Below, piece after piece: positions 1-8,505 of a stretch of DNA of 57,334 nt. Each line of letters starts with the position of its first letter. The stretch's first letter is position 1. The notes below the pieces were generated by a model. That model was not told the origin of the DNA and made no database searches. It worked only from the letters and a program-made list of their open reading frames with translations. A program made the translations under genes and the position numbers. The stretch is from Minisyncoccota bacterium (GTDB lineage Bacteria > Patescibacteriota > Minisyncoccia > UBA6257 > GWB1-50-10), in contig JAYRXE010000010.1 in NCBI GenBank assembly GCA_041917695.1, positions 1-57,334 of the forward strand, given 5' to 3'.

Positions 1-253
1 CGAAACGGTTACATACAGCAACGCCAATTGGTGCTTTATACTGTTCACGGGTCGTTCCCTCCGATGAATTGGGTTCGCTTTTGCTCCAATTTATCTTTCG
101 GTTTGGGAAACGGCCCATTTTTCAACTCAAGACTGGGGTTATATATATGGACGGACGAACGGTTCATGGATCTTTCAGGCCAAGCTCCTTCCGAGCGATG
201 CCGCATCGAACGACGCCTTTGGATTCTCGGTCTCCCTTTTTGGCAACGTTGCT

Positions 254-1690
254 GTGATCGGCGCTCCCGGAAAGGGAATTACCGGAGTCAATCAAGGGGC
301 TGCCTATATTTTCTCGCGTACCGGGACAAGCTGGAAAGAAACCATCCGGTTGAAAGCCAACGACGGCCAGGCCAACGATCAATTTGGAACGAGCGTTTCA
401 ATTTCTGACCGACTGGTCGCGGTTGGATCCCCGGGGAACGACAACTTCGGCATCGATCAAGGTGCCGGGTATGTCTATGAGTTTCGAGAAGGGATCGGTT
501 GGGGGCAGGTGGCAAAGTTACTTTCCAACGACGGCAACGCAAACCATAACCTGGGGACCGCAATCGCCATCAATGGGCGAACAGTCATTGCCGGTGCTCC
601 CGGGGTGCCAGGAGCAATGGGTGTCGCTCAAGGCGCAGCCTATGCCTTTAATGACCAAGGCGGGAATTCCTGGCAACAGACAACGAAAATGATCCCTTCG
701 GATGGGTCCTCCAATAATCGATTCGGTACCGCGGTCGCCATTGCTGGTCGAAACGCCGTCATTGGTTCTCCTGGATCCCTGGTGAACGGCAATGCCCTTG
801 GCGCAATCTACAGCTTCCAGCGCGTCGGTCGAATCTGGACCTTCGCAAACAAGAGCTCCGTTGCCGACGGTCAGCCGTTCGACACATTCGGGAACGCGGT
901 TGCCCTCAACGGGGGGACTGCATTCGTGGGGAGCCCGAATGTAAGCGTCAATTCAAATACCGGAAGTGGAGCAGTTTATATTTTCAGAGGTTATTCCAAG
1001 AACGCCGCGACACCCGGACAGTTCAGACCGTCCAACGGCTTTGCCTTCTTGCGGAACTCGAACGACACAGGGTTTGCCGACCGGGAGTTTTTCTTTGGCC
1101 AATCCGGCGACATCCCCGTGTCCGGCGACTGGAATGGAGACGGAATCGACACCATCGGAATCTATCGCAACGGAACGTTTTTCCTGAGAAATTCGAACAC
1201 TTCCGGCTTCGCCGACATTCAGTTTCCCTTTGGAACCACGGGAGATCTTCCAATCGTCGGCGATTGGGATGGGGATGGTATCGATACGATTGGAATTGTT
1301 CGCGGAAATTCGGTTTTTCTCCGTAATTCGAACACTACCGGCAATGCGAACCTCCAGTTCAACTTCGGATCCTCCACCGATATTTTCATTGTCGGTGACT
1401 GGGATGGAGACGGGATCGACACGATTGGTGCCTTCCGACCGTCGAACGGATTCGTCTACCTTAGAAATTCCAACACAACGGGGAATGCCGACCTGGAGTT
1501 TTTCTATGGCCAGGCCGGCGACAAACCAATCGTCGGTGACTGGAAGGGTGAGGGTGTGGACACGATTGGAATCGTTCGCGGAAATCAGTGGTTTCTTCGA
1601 AACTCAAACAGTTCAGGTTTCGCTGATATTCAGTTTTTCTATGGGACGGATACCGATACGCCTATAACCGGCGACTGGGATGGCTACTAA
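254..1690 (+). CDS. FG-GAP/VCBS-type repeat protein, 5' end unresolved
   Basis: ORF track. N-terminal half has repeated GAxYxF...FGxSV...GxPG units. C-terminal half has five tandem ~42-aa units ending GDWDGDGIDTIG. The same frame stays open back to 68 (TGA at 65-67) and still reads as a repeat unit, so the first ATG at 254 is probably not the true start. Confidence 0.8.
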   Translation: MIGAPGKGITGVNQGAAYIFSRTGTSWKETIRLKANDGQANDQFGTSVSISDRLVAVGSPGNDNFGIDQGAGYVYEFREGIGWGQVAKLLSNDGNANHNLGTAIAINGRTVIAGAPGVPGAMGVAQGAAYAFNDQGGNSWQQTTKMIPSDGSSNNRFGTAVAIAGRNAVIGSPGSLVNGNALGAIYSFQRVGRIWTFANKSSVADGQPFDTFGNAVALNGGTAFVGSPNVSVNSNTGSGAVYIFRGYSKNAATPGQFRPSNGFAFLRNSNDTGFADREFFFGQSGDIPVSGDWNGDGIDTIGIYRNGTFFLRNSNTSGFADIQFPFGTTGDLPIVGDWDGDGIDTIGIVRGNSVFLRNSNTTGNANLQFNFGSSTDIFIVGDWDGDGIDTIGAFRPSNGFVYLRNSNTTGNADLEFFYGQAGDKPIVGDWKGEGVDTIGIVRGNQWFLRNSNSSGFADIQFFYGTDTDTPITGDWDGY

Positions 1691-1718
1691 TTCCCAGACT
1701 AAATTCCTTCTTTTATCC

Positions 1719-1744
1719 GGGTGGCTTAGTCCACCCGTTTTTTT
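1719..1744 (+). terminator. Rho-independent terminator after the FG-GAP gene
   Basis: GGGTGG-cttagt-CCACCC stem-loop followed by G and a T7 run, about 29 nt after the stop at 1690. Confidence 0.7.
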
Positions 1745-1867
1745 GCCAATAGCCAATCAAAAGAATATCCAATTTGGTAGTCTTCGAATGAACTGTCCCA
1801 ACTACACAGAGGCAGGAAACCGGAATGTTTCTTCAATAAAAAATCTCAAATATCTACGCACCTGAAC

Positions 1868-2002
1868 TCACGCTATCGATGCTGACCGGTTTAGTCTCGG
1901 GGTAGGAAAAATCCGGATTGTCCAATTCAATCTACCCGCAATCATTTTATTACCGCCGCTAAGCTGATTGCGCTGGAAGTGAACAATCTCCGATTCAGTC
2001 AT
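1868..2002 (-). CDS. possible 44-aa ORF translationally coupled to the upstream membrane protein
   Basis: Internal Met of ORF 1868..2074. Its ATG overlaps the stop of 1999..2253 as ATGA. No other support. Confidence 0.2.
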   Translation of the reverse strand: MTESEIVHFQRNQLSGGNKMIAGRLNWTIRIFPTPRLNRSASIA

Positions 2003-2253
2003 ACAAACAATATGAGTGGAATTGTTAAAGCGATCAACCCTACCGGCCATGCGAGGACCAAAAGCAACGGCCAAAGCAAGAATGGGTTAAAGTGTCCCCA
2101 AAGGCCAAAGTATTGCGCCCCCCAATAGACCAGAAATAAACCCATAAGAAAGATCATCCCATGTGTCACTATTACGTTTCCCGTCTCTTGATGCTTAATA
2201 GACCATCTGTTGAAATTTCGAAATAAAGAAACCAAGCCTCTAACCGTGGTCAT
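1999..2253 (-). CDS. small integral membrane protein (84 aa)
   Basis: ORF track. Mostly hydrophobic helices. GGGAG about 10 nt upstream of the ATG. Confidence 0.5.
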   Translation of the reverse strand: MTTVRGLVSLFRNFNRWSIKHQETGNVIVTHGMIFLMGLFLVYWGAQYFGLWGHFNPFLLWPLLLVLAWPVGLIALTIPLILFV

Positions 2254-2330
2254 TTTTAAAATCTCCCGTCTAAAAAGGATATAAGTTAAACGGAAGTCAG
2301 GAATGATATGTTCACCTTAAATGGCGTCTA

Positions 2331-2870
2331 TTATTGAATTTTTACCCTTCCTGACCATACTCGGGACAAGTTGATCCATTTATCCTTCTTCAGAATGTTC
2401 ATTGAATAAACCGTGCAGATTCGCCCCCAGAGAGGGCGTCGCCTCAAAGCTTCTTCTTTCGCATTTTCGATGGTGTCGAAGAGCCAAAACGCTTCATGAA
2501 CAAATGCCTGACCGTCATCGCCATTCATCCAGTAACACATCCGTTCATTCGGAGTCAGGTAGAACTCCACGTCTGTATCCGTCCTCAATTCCGGATCAAT
2601 CTCCTCGTCTGGCCCCTTCCATGAAACAATGAATTTCGTGAAATCCTCCTTTCTCAAGCGAAGATTTGCCTGAAGCCGATGATTGATTTTCACTCGCTGT
2701 AGCGCTGTAAATCGTTCGACCGGTTTCTCAACATCCTGAAATCCCACGGTGAATGGTCCTACAAAATTTCCCATACCTTTTTCTTCATCCTTCTTCGTCG
2801 GCTGATGTAACTGGGACTGAAGGTTGGCCGTTTTTAGGACCATAATTTGGCCAGCTATGTCACCTATCAC
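2331..2870 (-). CDS. hypothetical protein (179 aa)
   Basis: ORF track only. No recognisable motif. AT-rich relative to neighbours. Start uncertain. Confidence 0.5.
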   Translation of the reverse strand: MIGDIAGQIMVLKTANLQSQLHQPTKKDEEKGMGNFVGPFTVGFQDVEKPVERFTALQRVKINHRLQANLRLRKEDFTKFIVSWKGPDEEIDPELRTDTDVEFYLTPNERMCYWMNGDDGQAFVHEAFWLFDTIENAKEEALRRRPLWGRICTVYSMNILKKDKWINLSRVWSGRVKIQ

Positions 2871-3184
2871 TACTTCATTGCACGTTTATGAAGTTTGTTT
2901 TGACAATAGATTGGCCGAATGTTCATTTTGGGAAGCATGAATTGGCCGGTAATAACTGACCTGAACCCCAAAGTTGATCCACCTCAAATATTCGTTGAGG
3001 CTGGGTTTGGGGTTGAGATTCCGGATTGAAGGTTCAATCCATTGAACGCCATTGCATTCGATAGTCGCTGTGTAAACCGGAGCGCCGACGCGCCAATCAG
3101 CCCGGCGAGGCTTTGGGGAGAATGCCCGTCGCCAAGTCGTCGGTCATACCAACCGCCGGTCTCACGGGGGTTCAGGGGCGATGC

Positions 3185-3505
3185 CTACCGCATCAGAAAT
3201 TCATTCAGGCAAGCACGGAGGCGCTCTTTTGAAGGCCAGCCGCGCATCTGCTGACCGTCCTCCCGGTAGACCCGGCAGCCGTAGCCGATTCCGGCTTTCA
3301 CCGCGTCGGCCCCTTCCAGATCCACCCCATCAATTTGAATGGTCGGCGAACCCAGAAAGTTCAACCGCCGGGCTTCTTCCGGAGAAGTGACCGGAATCAT
3401 TTCAACCGGGGTCGTCAGCCCGGCCTCGGCCAAAACGGTTTTCAGGTTGTCCAATGCCGGTTGGTAGGAAGGACAGGTTTCAAAGTACAAGAGACTGATT
3501 TTCAT
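3185..3505 (-). CDS. small thioredoxin-fold protein (106 aa), last gene of the mer-like operon
   Basis: Internal Met MKISLLYFETCPSY of ORF 3185..3781. CPSY sits at the position of a Trx/Grx CxxC motif. It follows merT-merP on the same strand. The upstream part of the long ORF is low-complexity and probably not translated. Confidence 0.6.
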   Translation of the reverse strand: MKISLLYFETCPSYQPALDNLKTVLAEAGLTTPVEMIPVTSPEEARRLNFLGSPTIQIDGVDLEGADAVKAGIGYGCRVYREDGQQMRGWPSKERLRACLNEFLMR

Positions 3506-3656
3506 GATGATTTCGGTTCGGCCTTTGCCTTCGGAAGCTGGTTGCCCTGGGCGGCCAGAGGTACTCGGCCATGATCTTGGCGACCTTGAGTTCTCGTGGT
3601 CCGGATTATTTGCCAACAGGAGTGGCTGGATTTCGGAGGCACCCGAAGACAACCCC

Positions 3657-4370
3657 TCACGAAGGGGGCAAAAAGCAGCAGCCTGACTTTTCCCGCTTCC
3701 CGGTCCCGCCGCCCGCTGAGATTTTTGGCTGGTTTGGTACCCCCGGCTTGGCCGGAGCCGGTGGTTCGGCGGTGGTTTCATAGCCGGCCAGGCGAATGGC
3801 TTCGGCGAGCATTTTGTGGTTCACCTGCCTGGGGTCATAGGTTACGCGGGCTTGGGACGGCTCAAAACCGACTTCCGCGTGCAGCACGCCGGGAACCTTT
3901 CCAAGCGACTTCTTGACCGCGGCGGTACAGCCGGCACAGGTCATTCCGGTGATGGGCAGGGTGGCGGTTGCAACCGGGGCAGCCGGTGGAGTGGCCGAAC
4001 GCGCCGGGACGGCGGTGGGATTGGAACGCACCAACCCGTCCGCATAGTACGGGAACGCCCCGAATCCAATCACCAGCAGGGTTCCGATCCAGAGGACTGG
4101 TTTATTCCAACGTCCGACCCGTGCCGGGGGACAGTCACCTTCCGGGCAGGTTTTCGCCGCCGGCCGATAGACCAGGTAATAGCTGACCGCCAGCATGACC
4201 GCTGCCAGGGAAAGCAGAGAAGGTCTCCATTGCTCCAGGGCAGCCGCTGCCCCGAAACTGCCCAGGCCGAGCCCCACCGCCACCAGCGGTCCAAGGCAAC
4301 ACAGCGAAGCCGTCAAGGCCGTAAGAACCGAACCGGCGAGGGAGAGTTTTTGAGATGTCGTGTCTTTCAT
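3657..4370 (-). CDS. merT: mercuric ion transporter MerT fused to a MerP-like heavy-metal-associated domain
   Basis: First TM helix carries the CC pair (SLCCLGPLV). The loop carries a second Cys pair (CPEGDC). The C-terminal half carries the HMA motif GMTCAGC. The tail ends in GCC. Confidence 0.8.
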   Translation of the reverse strand: MKDTTSQKLSLAGSVLTALTASLCCLGPLVAVGLGLGSFGAAAALEQWRPSLLSLAAVMLAVSYYLVYRPAAKTCPEGDCPPARVGRWNKPVLWIGTLLVIGFGAFPYYADGLVRSNPTAVPARSATPPAAPVATATLPITGMTCAGCTAAVKKSLGKVPGVLHAEVGFEPSQARVTYDPRQVNHKMLAEAIRLAGYETTAEPPAPAKPGVPNQPKISAGGGTGKREKSGCCFLPPS

Positions 4371-4418
4371 GGGAATTACCTCACGACCACAGGGTAAACC
4401 CTGGTCTCAACTCCAGGG

Positions 4419-4862
4419 TCAAGCTTTTTTTCGGACAGCGGGAAAGGAATGGGGGATTTCCTCCAGGACCGGACAGCAATCGGCCTCATCCTGGGCCAAA
4501 ACCGCCCGACATTCGGCCAGAGAGTGGCTGAGGGTCCGGCGCAGGCGGGCAAGGGTTTCAATCCGTTGGTCAAGGTCGGCGATCCGGCCGGCCAGGACGG
4601 CCTGTACTTTCAGGCAGGCGGACCGGTCGTTTTTTTCAAAGCGCAGCAGTTCTCCGATTTGATCCAACGACAGGCCGAGTTCCCGGGCCTGCCGGATGAA
4701 CCGCAGCCGTTCAAGTGATTCCGGGGAATAGATCCGATACCCGGACGCCAGACGCCCGGGAGTGGGCAACAGGCCAATCTTTTCGTAGTAGCGAATGGTA
4801 TCAATCGTGACCTGGGCCTGGCCGGCCAGTTCTCCAATCAGAACACCGGTTCTGGAACTCAT
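4419..4862 (-). CDS. merR: MerR-family metal-responsive transcriptional regulator
   Basis: N-terminal HTH (IGELAGQAQVTIDTIRYYEKIGLL), a coiled-coil region, and Cys83/Cys118/Cys129-130. The Cys spacing is close to the Hg-binding cysteines of Tn501 MerR. Confidence 0.8.
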   Translation of the reverse strand: MSSRTGVLIGELAGQAQVTIDTIRYYEKIGLLPTPGRLASGYRIYSPESLERLRFIRQARELGLSLDQIGELLRFEKNDRSACLKVQAVLAGRIADLDQRIETLARLRRTLSHSLAECRAVLAQDEADCCPVLEEIPHSFPAVRKKA

Positions 4863-4874
4863 CTGCCCTACCCC

Positions 4875-5213
4875 TCATACTTTCCGCCGCGCAGTGAATC
4901 CGGCCATGGTCGCCCCGATAAAAAGCAAAAAACCCACGATCACCTGTGGTTGGAACAACCTGGTCAACGCGAGTCCAAAGAGGGCGGCAAAAAACAGGTT
5001 GGCAAGCTGGCAGACCCGGAAAACAACCGTATCCCGGCTGCCGACACGCAGGAGCACGAGATTCAGCAACCCGGCCAGAATAATGGCAACGCCTGAACCA
5101 AAAAACCACATCGCATTCAGGTTAAATTCACCGAAGTTAAACCATGTGAATGAAATATGGAGTAGTCCCAGCGCGAGAATGATGCCGGTGATAATCTGAT
5201 GAGCAAGTCTCAT
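4875..5213 (-). CDS. small membrane protein (112 aa), first gene of the mer-like operon
   Basis: Internal Met MRLAHQIITGIILALG of ORF 4875..5510. About four hydrophobic helices. GAGGG upstream of the ATG. Its stop lies 12 nt before the merR start. Confidence 0.55.
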   Translation of the reverse strand: MRLAHQIITGIILALGLLHISFTWFNFGEFNLNAMWFFGSGVAIILAGLLNLVLLRVGSRDTVVFRVCQLANLFFAALFGLALTRLFQPQVIVGFLLFIGATMAGFTARRKV

Positions 5214-5841
5214 ATTGCCCTCAAAAGGGAGAAACCCGCATATTTTTCCAACCTGGCCGCAAACCTTGACCCGGCGTTTAACTGCTGGCCCCAATTTGCT
5301 TTTCCTTGTCAGCCAGCATGCCTGAAACCAGCCTGAAACGAAATCAAGTTTGATCGTCAGGCCGGCTTGCCGCAAACCTACCCCTTTAAAGTGCGAGGTG
5401 AGCCACCTCACTTCAACCCCTTTTTCTGGATGGTGACTTCCAACAATTTCAAGACGGAAACTCCCTTTCGGAATTTCCGTATCGGCAGGATGCCGGTTGT
5501 TCCAGGTCATATTCTTAACCCAGGCCCGGTCGCTTTCTCACAATTTGCCACCACGAATGGGCGTGGGTCTTGCGACACCCTGCCATTCGGTGTCGTAACC
5601 AAACTCGAAACCAAGAAAAAGAGCATGCAGTCTATAGTCGACATTTGATTAGAGTGCGGATTGGATGTCGAATTATTTAAAAAGTTAAATCTCCTTTTAG
5701 ATCAGGAGGATAGAGGCGAAGCATCGGCCTTTCGCGTTCATTATAAATGAGTTCTTGAAAATTCTTTGTTTCAGTCCTATAGGATATAAGACATCAGATG
5801 ATAATTTTAATTGATTGAATTTTGAATCAATTTCAAATTGA

Positions 5842-8505
5842 ATGCGATTCATGAACGCTAAAAATACATCCGATTTATCCTGGTTGTCAGAAATGGCCCG
5901 GAAGGTTGTTGAGGAAATCCGGCGTTCCGGCCCCTCACGGGTCGTCAAAAGTGGACGAGGAAGCGTTTCCGGGCGATACCCCAGTCGCAAAATGGGCGTG
6001 GCGGTTCAATTCGAGAGTCACCGCAACGAGTTGGCCTACATCCTCGAACTTGAGCATGACCCCGATGTTCTCGAATACCACGATCAGCCGCCCTCGATTC
6101 CGCTCGGATACCTCTCCGCTACTGGAAAGCGGGTGTTGGCTGACCATACGGCTGATTTTTTCGTTGTCTCACGGGCCTTTACCGGATGGGTGGAATGCAA
6201 AACGGCGGCGCGACTGGAACGACTGTCAGTGGATCAGCCGAACCGCTTTCAATTGAGGTCTCTCGGTGAATGGCACTGTCCGCCCGGTGAGGCGCATGCC
6301 GCGCAACTCGGTCTCGGATACCGGGTTCGGTCCTCCGAGGAAACTGATCCGATACTCGCGAGCAACCTTCGCTTTCTGGACGACTATCTTCGCCCGGACG
6401 AATTGACTGTCCATCAAGTCCTGATTGATCTGGTTCTTTCGTTCGTCCTTGCCCGCCCCGGTCTCCCTCTCAGTGAAATCCTTTCGTTTCTTGCCGCGCG
6501 TGGATTACCGGCGGATGGACTCTACACGATGATTCTGACCGGGCACCTGTTCGTCGACCTGACGAAATCCCGGCTGACCGAACCGGAGCTGGTACCTCTT
6601 TTTCCCGATGCCAAAACCGCGGCCGGTTACCCGTCATCCGGAATCCAGCCCGGAGGCGTTCGGATTCCGCTGCTTCCAGGCGAGGTTATTCTTTGGGACG
6701 GTCGCCCGCTGACCCTGATCAACCGGGGAGAGCATTTAAACTGGTTTCGCCAGGCGGACGGCAATCTGGTAACCCTTTCCGATGACGACATCGTTGGACT
6801 GGTCGCCGGCGGCGGGATGGTTGTCACCCGCCGCGCTCAAACCGAAAGGGCGCGGGACGAAATTATTCGGGAACGACTGGCGACCGCCGATCCGGCAGCC
6901 CTTGGGGAAGCGAACCGGAGGCACAAGGCAATCTCCGACACCGCGTCCGAAATCCCGACGCGCACGCTTCGCCGCTGGCGGGAGTCGTACCGTCGAGCCG
7001 AGGAGAAAACCGGTATCGGATTTCTCGGCCTCATCCCAAATTTGTCCCGGAGTGGAAATCGGACGGCACGGCTTCCTCCGCGGTCGAGCGAGTTGGCCGG
7101 CGAATTCATTCGCGAGTATTTTGATAACCCTCGTCAGCCCAACCGACATTCTGTTTGGTCACGCCTCGTCGAAGCCTGCGCCCGTGAATCGCTCGTCGCG
7201 CCAACCTACAAAACCTTCCGGCGAATGCTGCTCAAACGTCCGGTTGTGGAGCAGACCGCCGCGCGTCGCGGACCACGGGCGGCCTATCAGGTTCAGGCCG
7301 CCGACACGATCCATCTCGATATCCAGGCCCCGCGTCATGGAGACCGGCCTTTTGAAATAGCCCACATCGACCATACCCGGCTGGACATCGCGCTGGTGTG
7401 TTCGGTCACGGGAAAGCCCCTTGGCCACCCCTGGATGACACTGCTCACCGACGCCTTTTCACGACGGTTTCTTGCCATCGGACTTACCTACGATCCGCCG
7501 AGCTACCGCGCCTGCATGGGAATTCTCAGGGAGTGCGTCCGACGATTTCAGCGTCTTCCGGGGATACTGATGACGGATGGCGGGAAGGAGTTTCAAAGCC
7601 AATATTACGAGGCCCTGCTCGCCGCCTACGAAGTAACCAAGAAAATCCGGCCTCCATCCGAATCCCGGTTCGGATCCATCTGTGAACGATTGTTCGGCAC
7701 GACCAATACCATGTTTATCCATACCCTGGTCGGAAATACCCAGCTCTCGGTCGAGAACCTGCGGTTGGCGACCGGGAAGTTCGCGCCGCGTCGCCAGGCA
7801 GCCTGGACACTCGAAGCCCTCCATCCCCTTTTGGAGAAATTCGCCTACGAGACCTATGACGGCATCGACCATCCGGCGCTCGGCCAAACCCCCGCCGAGG
7901 CGTTTACCCAGGGGATGGCAAATTTCGGACAACGTGAATTCCGAATCGTTCCCAACGACACGAATTTTCTCATGATGACCATGCCGACCACCCCCACCGG
8001 TCAGGCCACGGTGGTTCAGGGGCGGGGCATCAAGATCAACCGGATCTTCTATTGGTCCATTCAATTTGGACGACAGGAACTCCGCGGAAAGAAACTCAAG
8101 GTTCGTTACGACCCGGAGGATGCCGGTCGGGCATGGTCCTTCATTGATGGGCATTGGGTGGAATGCCGCAGTCAATATTATTCGGTCTTTCACCACCGTT
8201 CGGAGCGGGAGATTCAGCTCGCCACCGCTGAACTACGCAAGCGATTGGCTGCTCAGGACGGCAAGGTTCAGATCACGGCATTGAAGTTGGCCAATTTCCT
8301 TCGGGAGGTTGATGCCGCAGAGGTGGGTCTTCTCGCCGAACAAAGGAGCAAGGCTGCGGCCAACCTGAAACTTCGGACCACTCGAACCGAACCTCGCCAA
8401 AAAACTGAACAAACCGAACCGGCCTCAATCGGGGAAACCGCCAGGACTGGGCTTTCTCGCCGCATCGTTCCGAAAGAACTCGATATACTGGAACCGCTCG
8501 AATGA
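5842..8505 (+). CDS. TnsA-endonuclease / TnsB (Mu-type DDE) fusion transposase
   Basis: N-terminus shows the TnsA-like E...D...K pattern (FESHRNELAYILELEHDPDVLEY...HTADFFVV...GWVECK). The centre is an rve-type DDE core (HIDHTRLDI...LMTDGGKEFQS). A long Mu-transposase-like C-terminus follows. Confidence 0.8.
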   Translation: MRFMNAKNTSDLSWLSEMARKVVEEIRRSGPSRVVKSGRGSVSGRYPSRKMGVAVQFESHRNELAYILELEHDPDVLEYHDQPPSIPLGYLSATGKRVLADHTADFFVVSRAFTGWVECKTAARLERLSVDQPNRFQLRSLGEWHCPPGEAHAAQLGLGYRVRSSEETDPILASNLRFLDDYLRPDELTVHQVLIDLVLSFVLARPGLPLSEILSFLAARGLPADGLYTMILTGHLFVDLTKSRLTEPELVPLFPDAKTAAGYPSSGIQPGGVRIPLLPGEVILWDGRPLTLINRGEHLNWFRQADGNLVTLSDDDIVGLVAGGGMVVTRRAQTERARDEIIRERLATADPAALGEANRRHKAISDTASEIPTRTLRRWRESYRRAEEKTGIGFLGLIPNLSRSGNRTARLPPRSSELAGEFIREYFDNPRQPNRHSVWSRLVEACARESLVAPTYKTFRRMLLKRPVVEQTAARRGPRAAYQVQAADTIHLDIQAPRHGDRPFEIAHIDHTRLDIALVCSVTGKPLGHPWMTLLTDAFSRRFLAIGLTYDPPSYRACMGILRECVRRFQRLPGILMTDGGKEFQSQYYEALLAAYEVTKKIRPPSESRFGSICERLFGTTNTMFIHTLVGNTQLSVENLRLATGKFAPRRQAAWTLEALHPLLEKFAYETYDGIDHPALGQTPAEAFTQGMANFGQREFRIVPNDTNFLMMTMPTTPTGQATVVQGRGIKINRIFYWSIQFGRQELRGKKLKVRYDPEDAGRAWSFIDGHWVECRSQYYSVFHHRSEREIQLATAELRKRLAAQDGKVQITALKLANFLREVDAAEVGLLAEQRSKAAANLKLRTTRTEPRQKTEQTEPASIGETARTGLSRRIVPKELDILEPLE

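Noticed and set aside
3185-3781. Long versions of ORFs 3185..3781 (198 aa) and 4875..5510 (211 aa).
   Set aside because: The upstream extensions are low-complexity, or they overlap the merT-merP gene end. Internal Met codons with an RBS give compact domain-sized proteins (3505 and 5213 starts).
5637-5650. Possible Tn7-like end repeats. CGACATTTGATTAG (5641-5654 region) has inverted near-copies at 35511-35524 (13 of 14 identical) and 35650-35658 (TCGACATTT), about 30 kb apart.
   Set aside because: There is only one convincing copy per side. I found no terminal TGT/ACA symmetry and no 5-bp duplication. The right-hand copies overlap the sigma54 regulatory region. This is too weak to call element ends, but worth a computational repeat search.
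5808-5832. AATTGAT-N11-ATCAATT palindrome just upstream of the tnsAB ATG, as a possible operator.
   Set aside because: It is an AT-rich low-complexity context with short arms and no second copy. This is not enough evidence to report it as a feature.
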